A stretch of 64,000 nt of DNA from Octopus sinensis (taxonomy: Eukaryota), in the NCBI RefSeq assembly GCF_006345805.1, contig NC_042998.1, forward strand, positions 198,400,001 through 198,464,000, in the 5' to 3' direction. The notes below the pieces were generated by a model. The model was given only the letters and a program-made list of their open reading frames with translations, was not told the DNA's origin and did not search any database. Every line of letters begins with the position of its first letter. Position 1 is the first letter of the stretch. A program made the translations under genes and the position numbers. This document shows, piece after piece, positions 1 through 12,800 of this stretch.

Positions 1-1112
1 ATCCTGGCTCTTCTGTGGTTGTTGCTTTCTTTCCTATACAACTCCTCAGTCATGTTAACTTGAACCTACATGCCCTTTGTTCACACGGAGCACCAGGCAA
101 CATTTCTTGGTCTGGTGCCATGATAAGTATCCACTCAGCACACTCTGCAAATTGGTAAGCAATAAGTAATGACATCCAACCACAGAAATCAAATCAAAAA
201 AGCAATGCACGACTCTCTTACTTCTCTATGAGGGAACGTGACCCCTAATAAGAGCTAACAGAGATCATGACAATCCATCTATCCCATGCCAGCATGGAAA
301 GCAGACAGATGATGATAATGATGATGGTGGTAGTGGTGGTGGTGATGATGATGATGATGATGATTTTCTTGAAACAAATGGCATCAACTAACACAACGAA
401 CTTAATATGAATGAAGGGTGAAATATTTATTTTGGTTGAAATCTTGTTCACTCTTCTCTTCAATAATTACTTTATCGTTAGAATTAAATTAGTTGCTGCT
501 ACATTCATTAAAAAAATACTTTGTTAGCAATGTATTTATTTATTTATTTTCGCAACATAGCTAAGCTTAATTACAATATAACTGGAATGTCAAACCCAAC
601 AACATTTGTAAATCTAATAAAGATTGGCTTTTTTTTTTTTAGCTATTTTTATCTCCATTTCTCCTGGATTCAAATATTTAGACCTTAATCCATTAAGAAA
701 ATCCAAGTGCTTCATGAATTAATTTCAGTGACCTCATTTCACTAACTTTTAAACATTAATTACTGCCCCTTCTACACTACACAAAATTAAAATTTTTATT
801 TACCCCCCCCCATCAAATTTACCTTGTTGCCTCCCTTTACATCATTCCTTACAGAAAAGTTTTGGAATTTTTAAATATTTTATAACCGTTTCACCTTTTA
901 TTTACCCTCCCATAATCCATAACACTTTACTCTTCATGTATATTTCCCACTTCAACCCCATCTAACTTTACAAATTATAGAATGCAGTTAGTAGTATACT
1001 ATACTACTGTAAATTATTAGTAGCTTCGAAGCTCAAAGTAATAAGGTCGAGTAAAGGTGAAATAAAACAGGCATACCGTTATCACATCAGCAGCTTCGAA
1101 AGAGTTACTTAC

Positions 1113-1195
1113 CTATATTTCCTTTGGAACTGCTGCACTTCAAAGAACTTAAATCTGCAGGTGGAAGACTGATGTAGGAGTCACTATCAACTTCA
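1113..1195 (-). CDS. FNIP: FNIP exon equivalent to vertebrate exon 6 (83 nt, phase 2 to 1)
   Basis: gttttattgtttcag|T GAA GTT GAT ... GGA AAT ATA G|gtaagt; encodes [27 protein letters not shown]. The phase continues from the previous exon, and it ends in GNI like the recalled vertebrate exon (LLGNIG). Confidence 0.8.
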
Positions 1196-4100
1196 CTGAA
1201 ACAATAAAACAAAAGAGATGTGAGTGTTGAACAAGTAGGCTGCAATAGTCATTAGCGTTGAGACATTTTCAACAGTAAATTCTTGCCACGTACAACGTAG
1301 GCTACTGAACTTGGTAGAGATGACAGTGATCCATGCACACTGTTTAAAAATACTTAGTGCTTTATTAGAGAAAGAAAGAGTGGCTTATAATTTTTTTTAA
1401 GATGTGACATTAAACCTGCTATAATAGACAAACCAGAAGATATATTTTCTGAAACAGTATATCATTGTCATCATTGTTTAAAGTCTGCTTTCCATGCTAG
1501 CATGGGTTGGACGGTTCGACTGGGGTCTGGGAAGCCAGGAGGCTGCACCAGGCTCTAGTCTGATCTGGCAGTGTTTCTACAGCTGGATGCCCTTCCTAAC
1601 GCCATCCACTCCGTGAATGTAGTGGGTGCTTCTTACGAGCCACCGGCACAGAGATATATGTGAATAATTTCTCATAGGCAGTTCTGTGTCCTGAATTTTT
1701 AGCCTCAATATAGTTATGTTCTGGATCTGAAGATTCTGAAATGCAATATTTAGAGCAAATAGCATGAATATTGCTTTGTAATATTCTAAGAAACTAAGAA
1801 ACTATGCTGATTTTGCAAATTGTTGTGGCCAGTGAAAGAATAACCTTTTATTTGACATTGTTGTTCTTGTGACCTGAATAAGAGCCACAAAAGAATTTGA
1901 TGTGAAATACATGAAGAAATTGAATAACTACAAAGAAGAAATCAGTTATTGTTCATATACTGTTCGACAAAGTAAATAATTGTGTTTGCCTCAAACCGAC
2001 TGGTTTACCATAGGTTCCACGCATTTCTTGTTTGCATGACAATGTTATTTGTTTAGAGCTGGCACACAATGCCAAGACAAAGAGACAGAGACAGAAATAC
2101 ACACACACACATAATGGGATTCTTTTCAGTTTCTGCCAACCAAATTCACTCACAAAGTATTGATCGGCCTGGAGATATAGCAGAAAGCAAGATGCTATGC
2201 TGTAGAATTGGAGCCAAAACCACATGACTGCAAAGTGTACCACACAGTATGCATGGTGTTAGGAAGAGTATCCAGTCATAGAAGCCATACCAAAGCAGAT
2301 ATTGAAGCTTGATGAAGAATTCCTCTAGCTCCTCGAATCCTCCAACCCATGCCAACAGAGAAGGTGGATGCTAAATAGTGATGACGATGCTTCATCACAC
2401 ACACACCACTTGAACAACAGTGTAAATGTTTACTGCTTCCATAAACAATACATCCCGTGGCCCCTCAGTTTCATGTGAAGACCAGTAGAACATGGCACCC
2501 CTCTTAAAGGACAAGAGTTAGTAATAGGAACAGCAAGCATTACAGAATATTGCCTCAATAAGTTATACCCAACACAAACCAGAATGACAAAAAGCAAGCA
2601 TAAAACTGATAATATTGATTAAACAGTTTAGCTTAAAAACATAACAGAGATAGAGAACCATAATTTTGAAGGAAGAGTGCAGGAGAGGTTTGTAGTTAAG
2701 ATGTGTGCTTCCAAGCCACACAATGTTCAATTGCAATGCATAGCACATCGGGCAAGTGCTTTCTATGCAAGCTCAATCTACTTTGTGAGTAGATTTGGTA
2801 GATGGAAACTGAAGGAAACCCGGTGCAGCCTTCCAGCATGCCAGCCAATGACTGGCATCCGTGCTAGCAGGGTGCAAAGAGCACCATCTAAGCATGATCG
2901 TTGCCAGAACAGCTAACTGGCTTCCGTGCCAGTGGCATGTAAAAGGTACCATTCGAGCAGGATCGTTGCCAGCACCGCCTAAATGGTTCCATTGCCGGCG
3001 GCACGTAAAAGCACCCACTACACTCTCGGAGTGGTTGGCGTTAGGAAGGGCATCCAGCTGTAGAAACTCTGCCAGATCAAGATTGGAGCTTGGTGCAACC
3101 ATCTGGTTCGCCAGCCCTCAGTCAAAATCGTCCAACCCATGCTAGCATGGAAAGCGGACGTTAAATGATGATGATGATGATTAGTTAGTTGGACATTTAA
3201 CCAACTGACTAATAATAAAGGAGTGGAACTGAACCAGTGTATTGTGTGTGTGTATGTATGTGTGTGTATATATACACACATATACATATATCTACATATA
3301 GATAGATAACTATCGTGTTGTATGGAAACAGGTAAGGATTGGCAGCAGGAAGATTGGCACCAGCCATAGAAAACCTGCCTCAATAAAAACCATCAAACTA
3401 TGTCAGAATAGAAAAGTGGACGTTAAAATGATGATGGTGGGGTATGGCAATACCTGAGTATTTAGTTGACCTGAAAAGCTAAAGGGCAAAGTAGACTTCT
3501 CAGAGTGGGTTCAGGAATATGGAAGAATATATAACAACACACTACAAAGTGTTTTAGCAAGTATTCTGCCAGATCTGTTATCAGCTGTTCTTCTAAGATG
3601 ACATTCCCTCTCTCTCTTTCGGAGAGGCACTGAGCAGCTATACGCACACATACACACACGGCAGTAACTCCCGCCTACCGAATTCAATCACAAAGCTCCT
3701 GTCGGCTCGGGGCTATAGTAGAAGACACCCACCCAAAGTGCCATGCAGTGGGACTGAACCCGAAACCATGTAGCTAGGAAGTTGTAATAACGAAACTCCA
3801 CACTATGGTTTAGCTATTGACACATACCTGCCGGCTTCTTTCTTTTCTTGTTCAGGTAAGAAGACTTTGGTCAACATGAGTTGATGTGGAGATCTGGAAA
3901 GAAAAATCCATAATTAATGTTGAAGTAAGGACATATCACACTAAACGGAAAAATACTTCAATAAAAAAGTGGTACAACAATTACTGCCTCTAATTACGAA
4001 ATGGCAATGGAACAATTTAAGTGTGAAGATCAAGTTAAGAAGACAAAATAGTTAAATAGTGACTCTAATAAAGATGTCCAAAATTAGACAAGAGAGAAGA

Positions 4101-6823
4101 TAAAGGAAGGTTAATGGAAGGATAAATTGAAATTGAAGCTCGAATAGATGATGGTAGTATGGATATGTGATAATGGGAGTTACAATAGAAGAAGGTGTTG
4201 ATAGTATGGCATGTGGTTTTAGCGGATTCGTAGTGATTATAATAAAGATCACTGATTTACTAATGAGACCAAATAGTTTAAATGTTACAGTTAGAGTGTA
4301 GTTAAAAGTGAAGTTGGTGATAGGACAATATCCGAATTATAGCAATTTTTTGGAAGGACTCCGTCGGTTACAACGACGAGGGTTCCGGTTGATCCAAATC
4401 AACAGAACAGCCTGCTCGTGAAATTAACGTGTAAGTGGCTGAGCACTACACAGACACATGTACCCTTAACGTAGTTCTCGGGGATGTTCAGCGTGACACA
4501 GAGAATGACAAGGCTGGCCCTTTGAAATACAGGTACAACAGAAACAGGAAGTAAGAGTGAGAGAAAGTTGTGGTGAAAGAGTACAGCAGGGATCACCACC
4601 ATCCCCTGCCAGAGCCTCGTGGAGCTTTAGGTGTTTTCGCTCAATAAACACTCACAACGTCCGGTCTGGGAATCAAAACCGCAATCCTATGACTGCGAGT
4701 CCGCTGCCCTAACCACTGGGCCATTGCGCCTCCACTATAGCAATTAGTGAATATATTAATTAAAGATTTGAAGACGTACCTAAGGATGTGGACTTTGAGT
4801 GAGGCTCCCTTGTAGGCCATTGCTACAGAACCAAATATCATCTCTTCCAGAATTTCAACATCACTGCCAGGTCGTGGATACTGTTAAGAGAGAAGAAACA
4901 ATTGTGATGAAATAGGTGAGGAAAGCAAGAGGTCGGGATGTCGATATTGGCTGTGTAGGATTTCACAAAACATAGTGCATGAGCACACTCAAACTGACAT
5001 ATGTAATGTTATGTGCTTATCCACATACATATATTGCACATGCACACTCACACATACAGTGCTGTACGGAGGCAACAAAGAACTGAAACTGTGCCATATT
5101 AAGAATAATAATTTAATGTACACCTTAGAAAAGTAAGACAGATAAACAGACAGTGCCAAGATCAACCAGCCAGCAGCCCAGTTGACTTCAAGCTGAAATA
5201 AAATGCTATCAACTCATAAAAAGAAGGAGAAAAACATCAGTTTAACCCTTTCGTTACCAATCCGGCTGAAACCGGCTTTGGCTCTGAGTACAAATGTCTT
5301 GTTTTCATAAGTTTTGAACCAAAATCTTCCACCAAACCTTAGTCACAATGTATGTTCCTAACACTAGCTGAATGATAACAAAGTTATTTTACTAAATTCT
5401 TTGTTAGATTTTAAATTAATTGAAAGAAACACAGAGCATCTCAAAATAAATACAGTAACGAAAGGGTTAAATGAATTCATGAAGCTACCTCAAGGTTCAG
5501 AGGAATATGATGATATTTACAAGAGTTTATATAAACTATATTCATATTACATATATGTTCCAGATAGAGTAGAATTTAATGGCTATAACATCATGTTATA
5601 CGTTAGTTTCTTGCCAATCCTACTTGCTGGGTGAAGATTTTGTCCCCACTGGCAGAGGTCTAACAATTCTGTATGAAAGATCACCTAAAAGAGAGCAATC
5701 ATCAAGAACAAAAACATGGAAACTTAAGCTGATGCTAGTTAAAAATGTCTCAGTGAATGGTAAAATTATTGGCAATCCCTCAATAGACTTATCGGATAAT
5801 CTTCCCAAGATTTATAGCTCATAAATATTGGGTAGGGTTCATGCCATCAATGGAGCTAATCCTAAAAAAACATCAACAGAATTACTAACTAAAACTTCCA
5901 AATTTGGTTTTGTTTCGTTTCCTCTTCTCTGATTATGAAACGGGGAAACTAAAACAAACAAAATCACAATTAAAAATCTGTGTATAAATAAATGAAGACA
6001 ATAGACATGTTAATGATATGAATTTTCTTTCGAGTCTTTTGTGTTTTCTGTAAATTACACAAGGCAGACGGAGGAAAGAGACAAAACATTTAATCGCTTC
6101 CCTCTCTTACTCTTTCCACTCAAAACTGAAACAGATATTTGTAAACCTCTGAGAAAAACTAATGAGAAGAATCACACCAGTTTTACAGAATGCTTCATTT
6201 TCACAATCAAAACAGGTTGGCCTGGGATTTGAAGAAGTCATTCATCAGAAACTAAAGAAATTTATATAAGAGAGAAAAACTGAGGACAGATTACAAGACA
6301 AACAGTGAATAACAACATGGAACTTAATTACAAAGAAATTTATCAGACTTGTACGTTAGCCGTTAGGAATGGGACTGAGATCATTAATGTAAGAAAGCAG
6401 TTATTGTTTAACTATATGTAGGTTCAATGAATTTGAAGAATGTTGTTCAGGAAAGTTAAGCCAAGCCTACAAAAGCATAAAGCAAGAATAACTACATTTT
6501 CTAAACTGAAAGAAATAGATTAAGTCTTTAATATCCAACATTGAGTATTAATAAATTTCAGAAATATTTAGTGGTTGCTTGTGAGAACTAAAATATTGTA
6601 AGTGGAATGATTATAAATTACAAAGATGAATAATAAAGAATAAAGAATAATGAATAGGTGCAGGAGTGGCTGTGTGGTAAGTAGCTTGCTTACCAACCAC
6701 ATGGTTCCGGGTTCAGTCCGACTATGTGGCACCTTGGGCAAGTGTCTTCTACTACAGCCCCAGGCCGACCAATGCCTTGTGAGTGGATTTGGTAGACGGA
6801 AACTGAAAGAAGCCTGTCGTATA

Positions 6824-6878
<55 letters not shown>

Positions 6879-9800
6879 ATGTGTTTGTGTGTCTGTGCTT
6901 GTCCCCCTAGCATTGCTTGACAACCGATGCTGGTGTGTTTACATCCCTGTCACTTAGCGGTTCGGCATAAAGAGACCAATAGAATAAGTACTGGGCTTAC
7001 AAAGAATAAGTCCCGAGGTCGATTTGCTTGACTAAAGGCGGTGCTCCAGCATGGCTGCAGTCAAATGACTGAAACAAGTAAAAGAGTAAAGAATAGAATG
7101 TCTAGTTAGTTCCTACATAGCATTTACATGAGTACTATTATGGATATGGTACATCTAGGGTTCATCTTAGTAGCTTAACTACTCTTGCTCTTCACAATAT
7201 TATTCAATTTTTATCTCCACCTGTTCTAAACAAGGTAGCTATTTAAATTGAATAACGATTTTTTGCCAGGCTGGTAAAAAAATCCATTTCCAAGTTGTAT
7301 GTATAAGCTATATACCTTACACATATCTTTATATATAAAAGTAAGGTTATGTGTCTGTCTCCTACAATTTAGATTCCTAACTACTCCCACATTTTGCGGT
7401 GCAGTTTAACCAAAACTGGGTATCTTATAGTCGTGATTCATATCGAGCCCTTCTGGGTATTAGCGCGCATCTACGATGAGTCTACGATTTTAAAAAAAAT
7501 TTACCATCATTTTTTTCCATTTTAATGCATTTTTTCGCTATTATATAAGGGAAGTAACTCTCTAAAAATGTCTACGATGAGTCAACGATTTAAAAAAAAA
7601 TTTACCATCATTTTTTTTCCATTTTTAATGTATTGTTTTGCTATTTTTTGGCTATAACTCTAAAAATGCTTATATAGTTATTTCCCTTACAAACCCGAGC
7701 AACGCCGGGCGATACTGCTAGTTACAGATAAATACATCTAACTTTATGAGTTACAATCAACGAATACCTTGCCACGTCGACAACCAGATCTATAGGGATT
7801 AGTTGATAAGTAAAGTCAGTGTTTTTAAGTAATAAATGCATTAACTCTTCTTTTGATTGATTCCCCTAACAATGTAAAATAGCATCTATGAAACACACAA
7901 TTATCACTAAAACACCAGTATTAAATTACAAATGATCAAAATGAGTTCTTTTACCAACAAACTATAATGATTTTCAGCCACTATTTTTGAATAATATCTG
8001 AAGAGATGAGATAGTTACTTATAAAATGATGAAGAAATATGGGAGCCAACAAGCTCAAACTCTTAGAAACAACAGCTAAGACATCCTCCAATAATACAAA
8101 GTAAGGAAATATTGGAAACTGTAGTCCTGGATAAGCTAGAGCCAGACCAAAAAAAGAAAAAAAAGAGGGCCATGGCTGGATTGCTTTTGTGTTTTATTGG
8201 ACCATAGCTGAGCTAGGACAAAATATAAGACATGGGTACAGAAAAAACTATGGTCCATAGAGATAGATTTACCAAACAGAAATAACGTCTTGAGTTTGAA
8301 GAAATAATGTAAAAAGCTCAATTGGTAGGAAAAACATCATTCTATAGCAGTGGTTTTCAACCAGGGTTCCGCCAGTAAAGTCCAGGGGTTCCACAAGAAG
8401 TTACAAAACTGCTAACATCGTCAGTAATTTTTAATTCTCCTGTGCAGATATGTGTGCATAAGACTATTAAATTATTGCACAGGGGTTCCTCGAGCCAGTG
8501 GAATGTTTCCTTGGGGTTCCGCTCCAGCAAAAAGTTTGAAAAGCACTGTTCTATAGCAATGTCAGAAAATGCAGAAACGTTAGCAAGCCAGGCGAAATGC
8601 TTAGCAGTATTTCATCTGCCGTTACGTTCTGAGTTCAAATTCCGCCAAGGTCGACTTTGCTTTTCATCCTTTCGGGGTCGATTAAATAAGTACCAGTTAC
8701 GCGCTGGAGTCGATGTAATCGACTTAATCCGTTTGTCTGTCCTTGTTTGTCTCCTCTGTGTTTAGCCCCCTGTGGGCAATAAAGAAATGAAAAATTTGTT
8801 GTCATATCAAGGCGCAAGCATGGCTTTGAGGTAAGAAGCTTGCTATCCAACCAAATGATCATAGGTTTAGTTCCACTGCATGGCACCTTGGTCAAAAGTC
8901 TTCTACTACAACCCCAGGTGAACCAAAGCTTTGTGAGTGGATTTGGTAGACAGAGATTGTATGCATGTACCTTTGTCTTGACATCATGTAATGCTTATGT
9001 TGTCCGTTTCCAGTCTTCAATGCAAAACTTTCTTGGTTATCACAAAATATTACATTACTTGGAAACTGGTGAAGGTTGGGAGCAGGGAGGGTATCCAACC
9101 ACGGGGGGAGGGGGCACTGCCTTAACTAATTCTATCCAATCCATGCTAGTATGGAAAAGCAGATGTTAATCAATTGATGATAACGATGGTTTAGCTATGT
9201 CCTACTTACTGGATCCAACTCTGCTCTTCATTCTTCCAATGTGAATATCAATTCTGCGATCAATGAGCAACTGCTCCTTCCCTATATTGGCGGTCTTGAG
9301 TTTAGCTTAGAAATAATTATCAGCACTAATTTGCAGGCAATGAGCCCATTCATAATTTCTTAAACATGGGACAAAGCACTCCAGTGTCAGCAATTATCAT
9401 TATTACAGTCATTAATGTGCAATGAATAAATTACAGCTAATTCAGAAAGACAATAGGAGTGGGACAGTGAAGGAGGAAAGAAGGAGTGGGAGTGAAATTT
9501 AGTAAGGCTACAGTTGAACGTATCTCTACAAGCAATTACATAAATGGATATTCATTCATCATCCTAATGCAAACATGCACGTACACACACACACAGAAAT
9601 ATATTTGCATTTCATTCTTTGATGGAGTTTGAAATTAAGCAGTTGTGAACAGTGATTCAGCAGGACTATGATCAAAGGTCTTACAATCGCAAGGTCGTGG
9701 TTTCGATTCTCAGACTGGGCGGTATGGTGTGTTCTTGATTAAAGCCCTCCATTTCACACTGCGCCAGTTTGCTCAGAGCGACCCGACCCTGTGATGGACT

Positions 9801-12800
9801 GGAAATCCAGTTTAGGAGGGATGTTGTGATTTCAGTCACAGATACACCATGGACACTGGATAAAAGTTGTTCCGGCCATGACAGCCCTGTCTAACAACTT
9901 AATGTCCAGTTTATTTAAGACAGCAAGATATAATTTGAAGGATGTTTGGTTGTTATTTCTAGGAGGTCAAAAGTTTATGTAGATGCAGTATACAAAATCT
10001 TTGACCCTTGATACTACAATCTATTTCAATTCAATTCAATTCAATTTTTATTGGCTCAAAAAGCAGAAGCAAGGCCATGTAGGGGGACAGGGAGTTATGT
10101 ACAGGGAGGATAGTCATACAAAGAGTTCAGACCATGTCTGGTCAAGAGAGACTTTGAACCGAGCGGTCGTCAGCATCTTCACTATCTCATCCGGCAGCTT
10201 ATTCCAAAGATCTGCAACCCAGACAGAGAAAGCCCCTCTCCTTCGACTGAGATGAAATCGTCGTAGATAGAGCTTTTTGGAGTGACCCCGCAGCCCACGC
10301 TCTGGAGCAGGAGTGAAGAACAGACCCACTGATTCTGATTTCTCTATTTGTAATAGACTTCTTGTTTTGGCAGGATGTGTAGTAAAGAATTTTACTTCAC
10401 AAGCATGTGGCTAGTTTCAGTTTCAATTCCACAGCAGGGCACCTTGGGTGTGTGTCTTCTACTATAACCATGGGTTGACTTCTGACTCATCAGTGAAATT
10501 TGATAGCTGGAAACTATATGGGGATTGACTGTATATATATATCACTATCATCATCATTTAATATCCATTCTCCATGCTGGCATGAGTTGAACAGCATGAC
10601 AGGAACTGGCAAGGCCAGGGGCCGCACCAGGTTCTGTGGCTTGTCTTGCCTTTGTTTCTGCAGTTGGATGCCCTTCAACGATACCACTTAGGGAGTGATA
10701 TCATTGCAACGTAGGCGGCGAGCAGGCAGAAACGTTAGCACGCCGGGCGAAATGCGTAGCCGTATTTCGTCTGCCGTTACGTTGTGAGTTCAAATTCCGC
10801 CGAGGTTGACTTTGCCTTTCATCCTTTTGGGGTCGATAAATTAAGTACCAGTTACGCACTGGGGTTGATGTAATCGACTTAATCTGTTTGTCTGTGCTTG
10901 TTTGTCCCCTCTATGTTTAGCCCCTTTTGGGTAATAAAGAAATAGGTATTTCGTCTGCCGCTACGTTCTGAGTTCAAATTCCGTTGAGGTCGACTTTGCT
11001 TTTCATCCTTCAGGGGTCGATAAATTAAGTACCAATTATGCACTGGGGTCGATGTAATTGACTTAATACCTATGTCTGTCCTTGTTTGTCCCCTTGTAAG
11101 TAGTAAAGAAATAGGTATCGTTGCAACGTATTTTAAGGACAAAGTCCAGTACCCCAGCAATGCAATATGCAAAGACATGGTGTAAAGTGTCTCACTTGAA
11201 AACAAGTAACAGTTGACATCAAGAGGGGTGTCCAGCTGTAGAACAAAGCCTCTGGAAATTTTGTTCAATGCATGCTGACATAGAGAAAGTGAATGTAAAA
11301 ACGAAAATGATGATTGATTAATTGACTGGAAGCACATCACGTACATGGACAATGTGTATCATCAAACGATTTTTAGCACTGTAACTTGCCAATGTTTGGG
11401 CTTAAATGCTAAAGATATGAAATTGCGGCTTCTTTGCTTTTTTTTTTATAATACTTATCAATAAAGATAGAAACAGAATAAACCAATAACTGAATACATT
11501 TCAGACAAGAAGGCAAGTCAAATAATGTGTAATATAGATACAAGAAAACAGTTCTTATGCATAGTAAATGCTGTGAGTGGCTCACCCCTTGGAACGAAGT
11601 ATGTAACCCAACATGTAGTATACCTTAACATGGAATATCATCATCATCATCATCGTTTAATGTCCGTTTTCCGCACTAGCACGGGTTGGACGGTTCGACC
11701 GGGGTGTGGGAAGCCAGGGGCTGCACCAGGCTCCAGTCTGATCTGGCAGAGTTTCTACAGCTGGATGCCCTTCCTAACGCCAACCACTCCGCGAGTGTAG
11801 TGGGTGCTTGTTACGTGCCACCTGCACAAGTGCCAGGGGGGGTCTGGCATCGGCCATGATCGGTTGGAGCTTTTAACGTGCCACCGGCACGGAAGCCAGC
11901 CAAGGCAGCGCTGGCAACGGCCATGTTCGGATGGTGCTTTTTTATGTGCCACCGGCACTTAAAAAAATAGTCAAAGATAAAAGCTTTTGATCTTAACCCT
12001 TTAATATTCAGATTATTCTACCAAATGTGATGCTTGTTTATTCCCATTGCATTGAATTAATCCTGCATTATCTCATAGCTGTGAGATTTCTGCGATGTGA
12101 CTCTTTACTTTGGGAATAATATTGTAGGATAGGGTAAGAGGCTGGATCTGACTGGTTTTGAACAAAAAGGAGGTAAAATATTTAATAATAATAATAATGA
12201 AATTATTATATAGTGCTCAGGTGCACCACAACTTGTCATAAAGTGCATATAAAGCATATGCAGTAATGTACAAATGTCTGGGAAGCGAACAGTGTATGAG
12301 TCAGATACATGCTTGCTTATGTGTATGGAGGGGAGAAAATCAGGTGTAGTGTTGGCGAATCTCAGGAAGCATGGAAGCTTTGAAGGATGCAGTGCTCCGA
12401 CAACTAACAGCTGATGCCGGCAGTTTGTTCCATGCTACAGCAACTCTCAGCGTGAGAAAAAGGAGGTAAAATATTTAGGCCGGATATGGCCGGTTTGAAT
12501 GCTAAAGAGTTAAATCTTGGCACTAAACATGGTCAATACCACTGATAGCATTAATGATGTCTTACGATGTCTTAGAATGTTTTCAAAATACTCACATATA
12601 CAGCATGTAAGCCTTATTTATCTTGTGAAGAGGAGTGTTTAAAAAATACATAACTTTACAGGCCAAATAACACTGACAGTAGCAATAACGATATAAAAGA
12701 AAGTACCATTACTTCCTTGTCCTTATGTTGTAAGTCTGCACAGAATATATTGAAAATAAATGTTTCACACAAAAAAATAAACTCTGGAAATACAATACAA

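Noticed and set aside
1022-1033. 12-bp palindrome AGCTTCGAAGCT near exon 6
   Set aside because: Too short to exceed chance in 64 kb; does not match heat-shock element spacing.
4660-4733. tRNA-like sequence (also the heads of SINE families B and C)
   Set aside because: A/B-box-like motifs are present but there is no closing acceptor stem, and the sequence runs into a SINE body.
9210-9305. 96-nt phase 1-1 exon-like block with a GTAAGT donor ([31 protein letters not shown])
   Set aside because: Weak acceptor, no FNIP similarity, and the phase does not fit the 0-0 gap without invoking further exons.
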